A stretch of DNA of 64,000 bases from an uncultured bacterium (GTDB taxonomy: Bacteria; Patescibacteriota; Minisyncoccia; UBA6257; 2-01-FULL-56-20), in NCBI GenBank assembly GCA_963844965.1, contig CAWJQC010000006.1, positions 1 to 64,000 on the forward strand. Reading direction: 5' to 3'. The translations under genes and the position numbers were made by a program. Shown piece by piece: positions 1 to 11,937 of the stretch; position 1 is the stretch's first letter, and the number at the start of each line of letters is the position of its first letter. The notes beneath the pieces are model-generated. The model worked only from the letters and a program-made list of their open reading frames with translations, was not told where the DNA came from and did not search any database.

Positions 1-172
1 CCAGTTTCTACCACATCAACCCGTTGCTGGCCTGACTCAATGTTTGAGATATGCGACTGAGGGCGGCCGATTTTTTTGGCCGCTTGCACTTGAGTGAGCC
101 CGGCTTCTACGGCGGGCCTTTCGGAGACGCTCCACCATATAGGCATATTCCCTCGTCTGGATCGATTTCATA
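1..172 (-). CDS. XRE-family HTH regulator, partial (runs off the window start); inverted copy of 3201-3419 with an indel
   Basis: Reverse complement of 1-230 matches 3190-3370. The mirrored start codon (cat) is at 170-172. Confidence 0.35.
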
Positions 173-372
173 CCTTTTCACGCTATATCCAAGAAAACTA
201 ATATCCAAATATTGGATATTGTGATATTTTTTGGAAGGGTTGGTCTGGCACAATTTGATGCTTCCCGTGGCGGTTTGTTTTTCTTGTCCTCTGGACTTCC
301 ACCACCGCTCAGTCATCAATACCGTCGGGTTATCCCGAAAGGTCGAAACAGAAGACAAATAAAAAAACATGA

Positions 373-1040
373 GTGCATTTTTTGTATTTTCTGTCATTTG
401 TAGCCCTAGGTGTTGAAATCCGCTGGACCGTGAAACCTGTTGATCCCTCAAGCAGCAGACCCGTGGGAAAGTGCTCCTTTGGTACGGTGGGGCATTCCTT
501 CTTCTCTGTTCTCATCGGCGTGTCTTATCTGTTGTCGCCTAGGGCACCCAGCGTCCGTGGCGAACACTACATCGAAGTTCTTGCTCGAAGAGGGAACAAG
601 CCCCGTCCTGCCGCAGCCGTCCCCAGTCGGAGCCCGGGGTCTCAAATTTTGCAGGTCTGACTGACTCCAGTTGAAGAGACCGAATCCAAAACCACAAGCC
701 CGCGTCTGCGCCGCAACGCAATGACTCACCCTGCTCCAGTCTTGAGGCTCCAACTCCAACTCCCGGCTCTTGTACCTACACCTGTGCAGCCGCAAACCGT
801 CTGATATCTGGGAGTACCCCAAACATAAATCCACGCAGACGTTTACCGTGGGGAGTAGCTGGCAGATGACCTGGAGCTATGACCGCTCGACCTTCGGTAT
901 TTTTCTCGGGGGAATTTCCAGGTGTACATTAACACCGCAAACATGTATTGCCCTCGTTCGACAATACCGGCGTGAACCAGCTCGGCGCGTCCTGGGATCG
1001 GAGACGGACTATTACCACACTGCTGGGAGCTATTATTGAG
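373..1040 (+). pseudogene. Degraded copy of a small secreted Pro-rich protein (mirror of 2322-3006)
   Basis: ORFs 373..660 and 770..1039 share the signal-peptide-like N-terminus (FLSFVALGV) and the C-terminal motifs QTFTVGSSWQMTWSYD / TDYYHT with the right-arm gene, but carry multiple indels. Confidence 0.35.
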
Positions 1041-1302
1041 CGGTGAAATTCAGAGGGGGAGCCTGGCACATTGCAAGGCTAAGGGTTAAGGGAGTCGCGG
1101 CACGATCCAATCCTCAATTGAACGGGATTTTATCTGTTTCTTGCTCCGACTAAAAGAGTTGTGCTTTTGCGGAATGCAATGTATTGGGCCTTACAATTTT
1201 GGTATGCTACCGTCTTAATCGCCGCGCATCTAATCTCTCTCTCTCTCGAACCGGCCGCGCCGGTTCGAGTCCCCTCGAATACCTACTAATCCTTAAGCCA
1301 GA

Positions 1303-1690
1303 AGGAAATTCGTCTTTCAGGTTTCTGAGCAAGCTCTCGTTGTATTACCGTGCGCTGAGCATTCCAGTGTACGAGGCGAATAGCTCTGTTCGGTTGGATT
1401 TGCGTCCAGGGCCCGATATTTCGCCTTGTGTTTGCGGTTCGCAAACAACGACCATGATCGGGAAAGTGAACCCATCCAAAGAAGTCGACGCCGGAAGCGA
1501 AGCTCTCAATAAAAATCTTGTCCGGATGAAGGAAAAGCTTGAGCCGTATATCGCCAAGAAATCCGTCAATGTGCGGCATCATGCTTTCCAGATAGTTTTT
1601 GTCACGGGAAAAGAATTGCAAAATCGTCGGCATATCGAAGATAGTATTGTACCTTCATCCCGCGTTTTATGAATTGGTCGAATTCATTCA
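1303..1690 (-). pseudogene. Reverse transcriptase, 3' portion only (motif C onward), left-arm copy
   Basis: YLRYADDF (YADD motif), LKLFLHPDKIFI, GVDFLGW thumb motifs; a frameshift sits ~1440. There are no RT domains 1-4 upstream; the gene is cut at the palindrome centre. Confidence 0.5.
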
Positions 1691-1695
1691 TATAA

Positions 1696-2122
1696 ATGTT
1701 CACTTCGCAACTTCTTGTGAACATTTATATGAATGAATTCGACCAATTCATAAAACGCGGGATGAAGGTACAATACTATCTTCGATATGCCGACGATTTT
1801 GCAATTCTTTCCCGTGACAAAAACTATCTGGAAAGCATGATGCCGCACATTGACGGATTTCTTGGCGACGGCTCAAGCTTGCCCTTCATCCGGACAAGGT
1901 TTTTATCAAGAGCTTCGCTTCCGGCGTCGACTTCCTTGGATGGGTTCACTTTCCCGATCATCGTGTTTTGCGAACCGCGAGCAAAAAGCGAATGTTTCGG
2001 GGCCTGGACGCAAATCCAACCGAACAGACTATTGCCTCGTACGCTGGAATGCTCACGCACGGTAATGCAACGCGACTTGCTCAGAACCTGAAAGACGAAT
2101 TTCCCTTCTGGTTTAAGGATTA
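1696..2122 (+). pseudogene. Reverse transcriptase, 3' portion only, right-arm copy (DGR-type C-terminal signature)
   Basis: QYYLRYADDFAIL ... (frameshift ~1870) ... LKLALHPDKVFIKSFASGVDFLGWVHFPDH ... IASYAGMLTHGNATRLAQNL, then a stop at 2120-2122. Confidence 0.5.
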
Positions 2123-2137
2123 GTAGGTATTCGAGGA

Positions 2138-2175
2138 CTCGAACCGGCGCGGCCGGTTCGAGAGAGAGAGAGAGT
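2138..2175. other. Perfect 11-bp GC hairpin (ctcgaaccggc/gccggttcgag) followed by (AG)7, immediately 3' of the RT stop; mirrored at ~1190-1272
   Basis: Seen directly in the sequence. Confidence 0.5.
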
Positions 2176-2321
2176 AGAATGCGCGGCGATTGAGAGACGG
2201 TAGCATACCAAAATTGTAAGGCCGATACATTGCATTCCGCAAACACAATACTTTTTGTCAAAGCAAGAACATGAGAAAATCCCCGTTCAATTGGGGATTT
2301 TATCGTGCCGCCGGAACTACA

Positions 2322-3006
2322 CTAACCCTTTACCGTAATGTGCCAGCTGCACTCTGAATTCACCTCGAGATAATAGCTGCCACCCGTGTGGTAATAGTCA
2401 GTATCCGATCCAGACGCGCCGAGCTGGTTCACGCCGGTATTGTCGAACGAGGGCGATCCGTTTGCGGTGTTAATGTACACCTGGAAATTCCCCCGATTCC
2501 CAAAGGTCGAGCAGTCATAGCTCCAGGTCATCTGCCAGCTATTCCCCACGGTAAACGTCTGCGTGGGTCTGCGTCCGCTACCAGAGATATCAAGAACGGT
2601 TTGCGGCTGCACAGGTGTAGGGGCGGGAGCGGGAGTTGGAGTTGGAGTGGACTGGAACAGGCTGCGGCGTTGGTTGCGGCGCAGGCGCGGGCTGTGGTTT
2701 CGGCATCGTCTTTACAACTGGAGTCAGAGAGTCCCGCGAAACCGGCTCAGGGCTCGGGGTTGAGGACGGCTGCGCGGCAGGGGCTTGTACTTCTTGCGCA
2801 GGAGCCGATGTCGTGTTCGCCACGGGCGCTGATGCCGTCGGCGACGACGGATCGACACGCCGATGATAAAGAGAAGAAGGAATGCCCCACCGTACCAAAG
2901 GAGCACTTTCCCACGGGTCTGCTGCTTGAAGGATCCACGGTTTCACGAGTCCCACGATTGCAACGCCTAGGGCTACAAATGACAGGAGTCCGAAAAATGC
3001 ACTCAT
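2322..3006 (-). CDS. Small secreted or anchored protein: signal/TM segment, Pro-rich linker (PKPQPAPAPQPTPQPVPV), ~95-aa C-terminal domain; candidate DGR target
   Basis: ORFs 2590..3120 (start at MSAFFGLLSFVALGV, 3006) and 2322..2612 are joined by a 1-nt frameshift. It lies convergent with the RT fragment. Confidence 0.45.
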
Positions 3007-3200
3007 GTTTTTTATTTGTCTTCTGTTTCGACCTTTCGGGATAGCTTTCTTTCCAACACCATTGATGACGCAGCGGTGGTGGAAGTCCAGAGGGCAAGAA
3101 ACCGCCACGGGAACCATCAAATTATGCCGGACCCACCCTTCCAGAATATCACAATATCCAATATTTGGATATTGGTTTCTTGGATATAGCGTGAAAAGGT

Positions 3201-3419
3201 ATGAAATCGATCCAGACGAGGGAATATGCCTATATGGTGGAGCGTCTCCGAAAGGCCCGCATAGAAGCCGGGCTCACTCAAGTGCAAGCGGCCAAAAAAA
3301 TCGGCCGCCCTCAGTCGCATATCTCAAACATTGAGTCAGGCCAGCAACGGGTTGATGTGGTAGAACTCAAGCGCTTCGCCGCATTGTACGGGAAGAGGCT
3401 GAACTATTTTATAAAGTAA
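3201..3419 (+). CDS. XRE-family HTH transcriptional regulator
   Basis: [25 protein letters not shown] is a classic Cro/C1-type HTH. Confidence 0.75.
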   Translation: MKSIQTREYAYMVERLRKARIEAGLTQVQAAKKIGRPQSHISNIESGQQRVDVVELKRFAALYGKRLNYFIK

Positions 3420-3971
3420 AGTTGTTCCAACCTACGACTCGCTGACGGCTTGGGCGAACATTCCCTTCACTTCTAGCGGTGCAGAATTTGGGCTTACTAA
3501 CCGATAGAGCGGGCGTATCTTATCGTGGAACAACCGCCAGAGCGTATTCGCGTACCATTTCGATCGCGCGTAGTAGTTATACCGTAACAGCGCTCAATGA
3601 TTGTAAGCACCGAGCCTGGGATCAATCTCTTTACCAGCTTCAATCTCATCCTCGAACCAGCTGAGCAGCAGGAAGGTCATGCCTTCGAGCAGATAAAATT
3701 GCTTGCACTGTTCATTAAAGCTAAGGCAAAACTCCGGACCAAAGGCAAAAGGGCACTTTTTGTAGAATTCTCTGTCTATCATTTTAGTGTCATTATTTTT
3801 TACAGGAAATCTCCGCGCGCGAATCGCTCGAAGAAATTTCCGCTTCCTGAGGAATCACCATCTGATGATCGACCGCCGCCATCGAACCCTCCTAGGCGCA
3901 ATCCGCCCCCTCCGGAAGAGTATCCACCGCCCGAACCAAACGATCCGCCGGAACTCTCCCTCCAAGACGGA

Positions 3972-5577
3972 TTACTTTCGTATAAACGCTCCGCCGCGTC
4001 TGAAAGCATGCCATGCAGCCGCTCGCTGTTCATCGGCCCGTCGTCGATGAGCGGCGTGAAGGACGGACGCGAGGAAGGGCCGAGGTCGATCCAGTGGCAT
4101 GACGGGCAGGGTGTCGTCGTCCACATAGCCCTCGATGATCTGCCGCACGGCCGTCGTAAAAGCGTCGACCAGATCGTCGAAGCGCTCCGTCCCGAAGCCC
4201 GTGAGCTGCCGGATGAGTTCTTCCGCCCCGTAGCGCGGGAAGAGGACCTTCCCCGCGTAGAGGAGGTCCGTGCACGACGCGAGGCGCGACCTTTTGTCCG
4301 TCGTCACGTGGATGCCCTTGACCTTGTCGTCGTGGATGCCGTCGCTTTTCAGCTGGTCTACCGCCGCCTGCTGGAACTGGTTGTTTCTATGTCGATCTCG
4401 GTATGGCCGCGCTCTGCGAGCGTGCGGTAGAGTTCCTTCATCCTTGCGATCGTGGCCGGAAAGTCCATCCGGTCGTTTACGATCTGCGGCAGGACGTAGG
4501 CCGTGAATTCTTTGCCGTAGCCGGACACCAGATCGGCACCATCGCCGTTTTGTCGGCGGTCTCTTTTTGCGAAATCGCCAAGTCCGTGCCGATGTGGGTC
4601 GCGCGATAGTGCTCGATCTCCGGCAGCTCGTCGTAGTAGTGAATCATTTCATTGCGCACCACTTAATCTTCGTCTGGCACGATATTAAGAAGGTACTCGC
4701 GCTGCCAGGCGATTTCATTGCCGACCCGCAAGCGTTCCTTGATAACGTCCTTGATGCCCGCGTATTTGCCGGGCCAGAGCACGGTGTCGTTCTCGGCGAT
4801 CAGCGGATACCTCTTGTAGGCACCGGAGCGCTTGCCTTCCTCGATCTCCCGGATGAGCCGCATAAGAAGCGAGTCGTCGTGAAGCAGATTCCAGATCACG
4901 ATGAACCGTGTCGTCTTGTCGCCCAAGGGGAAGATGTTACGCGTTACCCATTCGTAGGTGGCATTCCTTGCCTCCTGGGTACGGACGCTCGCAACATCCT
5001 CACAGTCGTCCAGAATGCAGAGGTCGGGTCGGAACGCGCCGTGTTTGATGCCGCGTACGCTCTGCTCGGCGCTCGCCGCCGTAATCCTCGCGTTGTAGTT
5101 CGGGATCACGAGCGAGAAGGAATTCCAATCGTCCTCCTCGCGGAAGGGGCCGAGGTCGTTCCGCAGGAGCGGGTTGCCGTCCAACTGGTCCTTGATGTTC
5201 CGTAAGTACTGCTTCGCCTGCGCGAGCGTCTTGCCGAAGATGACGACGTGTTTTTTCTTTTGCTTTCCCGTGACCGCCCATATCGGATAGAGCTCCGCGA
5301 AGAGGGTCGTCTTGCCGCTGCCCCTGAAGGCCATGACGATGGCGAGGTCCGACGAATCGCTCTCTATGATCTGGTGCATCTCGTAGTGCATGGGTGCGGG
5401 CGCGTACGACATCCTGTCGGGGAAGTAGCACGGCACGAACCAGCTGAAACTCCGGCCCGTGACGGCGACCCTAAAGTCGCGGTCCGTGAGCATCCGCTCC
5501 AGTATCTTCTTGATCTCATCCGCATTTCCGACTCCGTACGCCGGTACATTACTGTTATTGTTTTGATTTTGTTCCAT
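3972..5577 (-). CDS. Phage terminase large subunit (ATPase + nuclease), split by frameshifts into ORFs 4663..5577, 4477..4662, 3972..4307
   Basis: Walker A AFRGSGKTT, Walker B LCILDDCED, nuclease motifs HIGTDLA and DDLVDAF. Confidence 0.65.
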
Positions 5578-6021
5578 TTTGATTGTTGGTATCCGTTAAT
5601 TTATTTTGACCGTCTTTTTCCTCACCGGAACCGACCGCTTCCGGCGGGGATTTGCCCGCAAGGTAAGGAGCATTGATCAGCGCTCGCTCCACCGCCGCCT
5701 GGAATTCCGCGTTCTCCTCCGGCGTCATAATGTTACGCTTCACGTGGGCAGTAACCTCGACTTTCGTGGCGGTACAGTTCGGATGGTGCTGCCGCAACCA
5801 CAGTTGTACTGCTGGGAAATGTTTTTCCCGTAATTCATCGAGATGAGCTGCGACTTCGACATGTCGGTAAGAACTGCCTCACCTTCGGCGATGGCCTGGT
5901 CGGCCCGCTTCGCAAATTCTTTATCCTTTTCACGCCATTCGTAATAGGTGCTTGATCGGCTTTTGATTGCCGCACGTTCGAGCGCGATTTCGAGGATCGG
6001 CATTTTGCGAAACTCCTCCAA
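5555..6021 (-). CDS. Putative terminase small subunit / phage DNA-binding protein (two overlapping frames)
   Basis: Judged by its position immediately upstream of the terminase large subunit and by its size; no strong motif. Confidence 0.3.
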
Positions 6022-6031
6022 GAGCCGCGCC

Positions 6032-7417
6032 TTATTTTGCGTGATTTCGCCTTGATTGATTTATCCCATTTCCAGCTAGGCATGGATTTTCACGGCTTTT
6101 TGGCCGATCAGCTTTTCTATGCGCCGCTTCGCGACCTCGGCATATATCTCGCTCTTTTCCATCGCATAACACCGTCGACCCAACTTGTGCGCCGCAGCGA
6201 TCGGTGCCACCGCTTCCGCAGAAAGGTTCGACCACGTATCGTCCCTGCGCGTAAGTACCTTGAGGTACTAAATGAACACTTTCACAGGCTTCGTGCCGAA
6301 AATTATCCCTTGCCCGGAGTGCTCTGTCGTCCGCCTTGAATTCAATGAAGTCCGTAGGGCATATCTTCTTGCCCTTCTCATACGCCTCAAATTGGGGCTT
6401 TCCTGGAGGCGGCATAGAGAGCATTCAGATATTCCTGCTGAAATAGCTCCTCGGTTCACGGTGCTATTAAGCGCGACTTTGCCCTTCGTCCCAACGAGTG
6501 CGATGTCGTGTTTGTTAAAGAACTTGTATTTCGCGGAAAATCCCTGGGTACGATCTTGCCCTTCGGAACCTCCACACGATCGTGTCGCGATACCGCCAAT
6601 GTTTTTCCATCGCTGTCCAGATGGTTTGCAAATTCTTCGGGTTCTCAAAGATAATAATTGAGAAGTCCGGTTTCTGAACTTTTGCAATACTCGCCATCCA
6701 GCGGTCGCTCAGTGCTGAATGTTTGTGCCGAGATACCTGTGATTGTGCTTGAGGCCGAACCCTCCGGTCGACTTGCCGCTTTTCTTCTTGCCGCGCAAGT
6801 AATCCAAAATGTACGGCGGATCGGTCAGACACATGTCCGCCTTCTCGCCATCCATGATTAAGCATATCGTCTTCGTTCATGGAATTCCGCATCGGATCCG
6901 CGCGGTTGGATCTGCCAGACCGTTCCTTTCTTGGTTTCTATCTTATTAATTTGCAGCTTCTTTAGCTCTTTCTCGAGGATCGAACACCTCGGGTTGTTCA
7001 TCTACGCCGAAGATTTTGTCCATATCTTCTGATGCAAATCCAGCGTTCTTGAGGATGTCCTCGTTAAAATCCTCTAGCATATTCCAATTCCAATCGCCCT
7101 GATGGATGTTGTCCTTCAAGGCCCACTCTTTCTCCTTGGTCTCGGTGAGCTTTGTAATTATCGTGGGCACGGTCATCATGCCCATCGACTTCGCTGCGCG
7201 AGTACGCATACTGCCAGCGACGACTAGAGCAAGCTTCGCCTGTCCGATTAGAAGCGATTACCGGCGCGCCCGCAGGAATTCGGGGTCGTTCTTGATGCTT
7301 CCGCAAAGCGTTTCGAACCCCATAGATAATTTTGCGTGGATTCCATCGAGGCAAGGTGAGGTCTGCGATTTTTACGTCAGTTGTTATTAAGTTATTGAGT
7401 TTGTTAGATTTTTTCAT
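6032..7417 (-). CDS. DNA methyltransferase (N6/N4 MTase family), fragmented by frameshifts
   Basis: The EPFCGSGGT SAM-binding motif in ORF 6032..6424 and the RYRDTIVW motif in 6515..6892; four overlapping minus-strand ORFs cover the span. Confidence 0.4.
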
Positions 7418-7494
7418 ATTTTGTGAATTATTTTTTTATGTTTACCATCGACCGGGATGGTTTCTGTAAATCGAAAGGTGCCATCCCTGGCACC

Positions 7495-8298
7495 TTAGAT
7501 AACGACTCTTGATTTTGGCAGCGTACACTTTACTGCCCCACTTTGTAACGCGTCGATTCCGTACCCGAAAAGCTTGAGCGCTTCCGCTTTGAGGCGCTTT
7601 TTTATCTGCGCCGCACCGCTCCCCGCGATACCGTAGTCCTCAGCAATGGCTTCCATGGTCGGCCTCTCCGATGCAGATCCGGTAAAACCCTCGCTGATTT
7701 CAATGAGTTCGTTTACAAACGTCAGTTGGTTTCCAATATTTTTAGAAACAGGGGTCGCTTTCAAAACTTCAGCGGGGAAAATGTTCGATTGGACTCTGAG
7801 CAATTCCTCCCTTGCGAAAGCCGTCTCTGCTTCGTCAAGCGGTGCGTATGTGCGAATGCCAACCCACCGGGCCTTTTCTCCAGAATTGACTATTTCGTAT
7901 ATAAAATCCCAATTGGTATTCGGCACCATAAGGTAATCAACGAGAATAATCGCCGATATCCCCATCTGACCATGATAGTAAAGATTAAAGGGCAGCTTGA
8001 ATTTCTTACCGATAGCCATAACACGTTGGTAATACAAATCGGCTTCCGGCGGCGTGAACGGCGGATGATACGACATATTCGTAAACAACGGATGTCCGTT
8101 GGTTTTGAACCATTCGTGAATATTCATATGCCGCTCGAGCCACGTCGCGCCCGGATCTTTTACGGTGCCAAATTCCCTTCTCGCCGCTTCGAGAATCCTG
8201 CGGAATTCTCCGGCAAGACAAAGCAGGCCGAGACGCTTCGCGTTTTCAGCAGCCGTTTTTTTCATCGTTTTCTGCCGAAATGTTTCAATGGTATCCAT
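7495..8298 (-). CDS. Hypothetical protein (267 aa) in the phage-like operon
   Basis: Intact ORF with no recognisable motif. Confidence 0.5.
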   Translation of the reverse strand: MDTIETFRQKTMKKTAAENAKRLGLLCLAGEFRRILEAARREFGTVKDPGATWLERHMNIHEWFKTNGHPLFTNMSYHPPFTPPEADLYYQRVMAIGKKFKLPFNLYYHGQMGISAIILVDYLMVPNTNWDFIYEIVNSGEKARWVGIRTYAPLDEAETAFAREELLRVQSNIFPAEVLKATPVSKNIGNQLTFVNELIEISEGFTGSASERPTMEAIAEDYGIAGSGAAQIKKRLKAEALKLFGYGIDALQSGAVKCTLPKSRVVI

Positions 8299-8301
8299 AA
8301 T

Positions 8302-11300
8302 TTACAGTGCTCTTTCAAAAATCCAGCTTTGCGATCCACGTTTGCCTAATACGATGCGCCCGTCAATAGCACCATCTTTGATTGAATACAACAACCCTGC
8401 ATGGCGCGTCCGCAGACCAAACCAATCCTTGAATTCAAATACGACCGCTAAATGATTCCCGTCCGGCGAGAGTTCCGCGACCTCTACTTTGACCCTATTC
8501 CCAAGAACATCCGATGTCTTACTTTCTATGATATTCCAAGTATCGGACTGATCGGCCTTCCTCCGTACGCCGTTCAAAAGATTATTGAGCGACTCGAGGC
8601 GAACATGTCCGTTCGGTATCGTGTCGGTATATCTGAAATGGATTGGTACGCCCGTAATCTCGCACACTCGGAGATCGTCGGGGTGAGAAGGCGCGCCACT
8701 CCACAGACAAATCCTCGCTTCTTGCGCTGCACAATATTTTCCGTTCATTGACCGTACGGCTTCCTGCTCGAGAATCCGCGCGCCCGAAACGCTGCTCGAA
8801 ACGAAATACCGCTTGAGCGCCTTCGTACCGGACGCAGCCGAGCGCTCGAGTTCCGATGGCAACACTTTTTTCCCGCTTATCTCGCAGCGCTCAAGCAGCC
8901 CCGGCATGACGACCTTCCCCGTTATCTCGCATCGCTCGGCTTCCTCGGGCAGCATCGGCTGCTGCGTTTCGGCGCAGAATACGAATTCCCGTCCGTGGCC
9001 GGTTTTGCCCGAAACCGCCGATCGCAATCCCTGATCCAATCGGTATTTCTTCCCGGAAATTTGGCTGACGGCGAGTTCGGCTTCGAGAGCGTCGCTTCCC
9101 GTGATTTCGCAGACTCGAAGTATTGCGGTTCCGCCCGCTTGCCGCTCACCGCAGAGGTTTTTAAGAGATCCTTCGTCACCATCTTGCCGGTCACTGCCGA
9201 CGGTTCAGCTTCGTCCGAAAGAATATGTTTACCACTGACAGCACAGACGAGGACGTGCTCCGGCAAGGCCATCCGTCCACTCATATCGGATTTCTGAAGG
9301 AGATGACGCAAAGCCTCCGCTCCAGTGATGGCACACTGGCCCAAACAGTTACGTGGGATGACCTGCATCGTCAGAGAACAGCGGCTCATCTCGGGTACCA
9401 TAACGATTTTTTCTTCGGATGGAACGAGGGCAAGGAGGCTTGTATACCCGGCCCCGACTCAAACTGATATGCAACCTCAACGTTCAAGCGTCGGTGTATA
9501 GTTCCTTCCAAGCCGACGACGAGGATTTCGAGGCGCGGCGTGAAGTCATCCTCAATCTTCTTCCGTTTCCGCGGATCACTCCCGGCGGCTTCAAGCTCTT
9601 GCGTCAGTCGGGCGTTATAAAACCGGCAAAACTCCGAAATTCCTTCGTCGGATTTTGCTTTTTCCGAAACGTACGAGGCGTTAATGCCGATAGGTTCAAG
9701 ATTTTCAAGAATATCTGGCAAGCGATTTGTTCCGTTAGGATCAGCTTTGCTCCAGTGCTCGTCGAGTGAAAATGGAATCTCGATAAGACGCTCGTAACTG
9801 TCATGGGTTACCGTCGCGCGGACGCGCACCAATGCGGTGCCCGTAAATGAACGTTGGGCATCGCGAATACGTGAGCGTACGTAGTTTGCGTTGAAGCTTT
9901 TCACCCATTCTTTTGCGATCATCTCTGTTTGCGTGATCACATCAGCATCTCCGTCATCGACACGGTGAAGGCCGTTCCCGGTTATTCGACTGACCAACCG
10001 TCCGAACCGCGACGAGCCCGGCTGGTATGAATCCAAAGACCTTTCCTTCTCGCCCACTCCGACGGCATTGAGCGCGGCGGGAATGAATTGATGCGCTTCC
10101 ATCGAATGGATAACCTCCGGCAGGCGCGGAAATGGAATCTCTCCCGCCCCATCGTCCATTCCGCCAAGCATCGCATCAATATTCTTTTCTTCGCGCTCCA
10201 GTTCGACTTTCGCTTCCGCGATGCTTTTCTCCGCTTTCTTCGTGGCTGTTTCAACATCCTTACCCGCAAGGGAGGCAATCACGAGCTTGCGTATCATTTC
10301 TTCGAAGCCGTCGGCCCCATTCTCTTCTTGTTCACCCATGCCGGACGCTTCGAGCAATGCCTCGATATCACCGATCGCGTGCGAAGCCAATTGCAGCTTT
10401 TCCATGAGTCGCCCCACGATGTATTCTTCGAATGTGCCACGGAGGACGATATTGAAGATGCAGACGTTCGCGTGCTCCGACGCCAATCGCTGGATGCGGC
10501 CGATGCGCTGTTCCACAACCATCGGGTTCCACGGCAGGTCGAAATTCACAAGCACGTTTGCGGCTTGGAGATTGACACCCTCCGCACCAGCTTCAGTGGA
10601 CACGATCACGTGGATTCAGGCGGATTCCTCTTAAGATTGGTTATCGTTTCCTGATTGCGTACGCCCGAATCTCCATTGATGAGCCCGCAGGAGATTCCAC
10701 GCTCGCCGAGGAACGCTTCGATCGTCGTCTGCGTTTCGCGGCGAGTCGTAAACACGACTGCCCGCCAGTCGTCGGGATTCTCGGCTCTTAGTTTGTCAAT
10801 GAGCGTTCCTAGGCCGCGCAGCTTCGCCGTTAATATTATCCGACTCACCACCTCGTGAACATCCGCCGCGAGCGATTCTGGAATCGTTTTGTGCAGGGCC
10901 ATGCCTCTCAGCTGCGCATCAAGCGCATGCGGGCTACTGATGAGCGCTTGGAGGATAGATATCTGCGCGAGGCGATTCAATTTTTGAATGGGTTCGGCAA
11001 TGAGATTGATAAGCTCAAGTTCCTCCGGCGTTGGATCAACGTGGTGCATCTGCACGATGCGTTCCGGGAAGTGGAGGTTGGCATCGGCGCGGCGGATGCG
11101 CGACATATAACCGTACACGATGGAACGGAACTGATCCTGCATCGCAGGATTCAAGCGACGAGCTTCCGTCCGGTTGTCGGCGATGAACGTGCGGGCGAAC
11201 ATGCCCGGAACTCCCGAAAGGGTTCTGATGGCCGCGGGCGACCGTGAGGAGGTCAATGAGGGAATAGATGTCCCAAAGGCGGTTCTGAATCGGAGTCGCC

Positions 11301-11930
11301 GTGAGCATGAGGACGTACTTGAATGTCCGGTCTGCCAATGCTTTTTTGAATCGTTGTGCGACTTGCGGCGCTTGGTCGGTACCGTAGAGATTGCGGAGTT
11401 TATGGGCCTCGTCGAGAACTAGCATATCGAAACCCACGGGAACGAGCGCGTCGAGATATATCCGCGCGGAGTGATACGTCGTGATTACCACCCCACCTTC
11501 TTCCGGCGGCTCAACATCAGCAAGATCCTTACCTGTCGCGATAACCGAGGGAATGCCAAACTTGGTATCAAGTTCTTCTTGCCATTGCGGCATCAGAAGC
11601 TTCGGGCAGACGACGAGGATTTTCGCGATGCGGTGCCGCGCCATAAGCTCGCTCATAACCAGACCGGCACTTATGGTTTTCCCTAAGCCCACATCGTCAG
11701 CGAGGAGCGTGAACAGGGAGCCTGCGGCAGAACGCAATCAGATTTTTCACTTGGTGATGGTACGGCTCGAGCTTGTCCCTCCATTTCGCCTCTGACTTGA
11801 GATCGTCCCGATCCCTGATAAGGATCGGCTCGATAAGATCCCACTCAAGCGCCGCGCGGTACAGTTTGTACGCGTTTGGGTCAGACGTTTTTCGTAAGCT
11901 CTTGCTGTGAAGTTGGGGCTGATTGTCCAT
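8302..11930 (-). CDS. SNF2-family helicase with a long C-terminal repeat region, split into six ORFs by frameshifts
   Basis: Motif I DDVGLGKT, motif II DEAH (LVLDEAHKLRN), helicase C-domain QRIGRIQRLAS. The C-terminal part (8302-9401) carries ~22-aa repeats of the form C(E/A)I(T/S)GK...L. Confidence 0.6.
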
Positions 11931-11937
11931 GGGAAGG

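Larger units (their letters stand above)
1..3420. repeat. ~3.4-kb imperfect palindrome (arms ~1.7 kb each, centre ~1711) carrying mirrored HTH / secreted-protein / RT-3' cassettes
   Basis: Direct sequence comparison: 1-450 vs revcomp 2950-3370; 770-1040 vs revcomp 2330-2612; 1140-1690 vs revcomp 1730-2300. The central hairpin is at 1669-1753. Confidence 0.7.

Noticed and set aside
1190-1215. (TC)n / (AG)n microsatellite as a CRISPR or repeat array
   Set aside because: Simple dinucleotide run adjacent to a hairpin; no spacer-repeat periodicity. No CRISPR array was seen anywhere in the window.
2330-2480. Adenine-specific template/variable-repeat mutagenesis pattern between the two target-gene copies
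   Set aside because: The differences include several indels and non-A positions in both copies, so a clean DGR TR/VR relationship is not supported.
1-3420. Palindrome as a pure amplification chimera
   Set aside because: The arms differ by many substitutions and indels, and one arm is degraded. A chimera would give identical arms. It still needs read-level confirmation.
3597-4430. 277-aa plus-strand ORF over the terminase region
   Set aside because: Antisense to the terminase nuclease domain; Pro/Arg-rich low-complexity translation.
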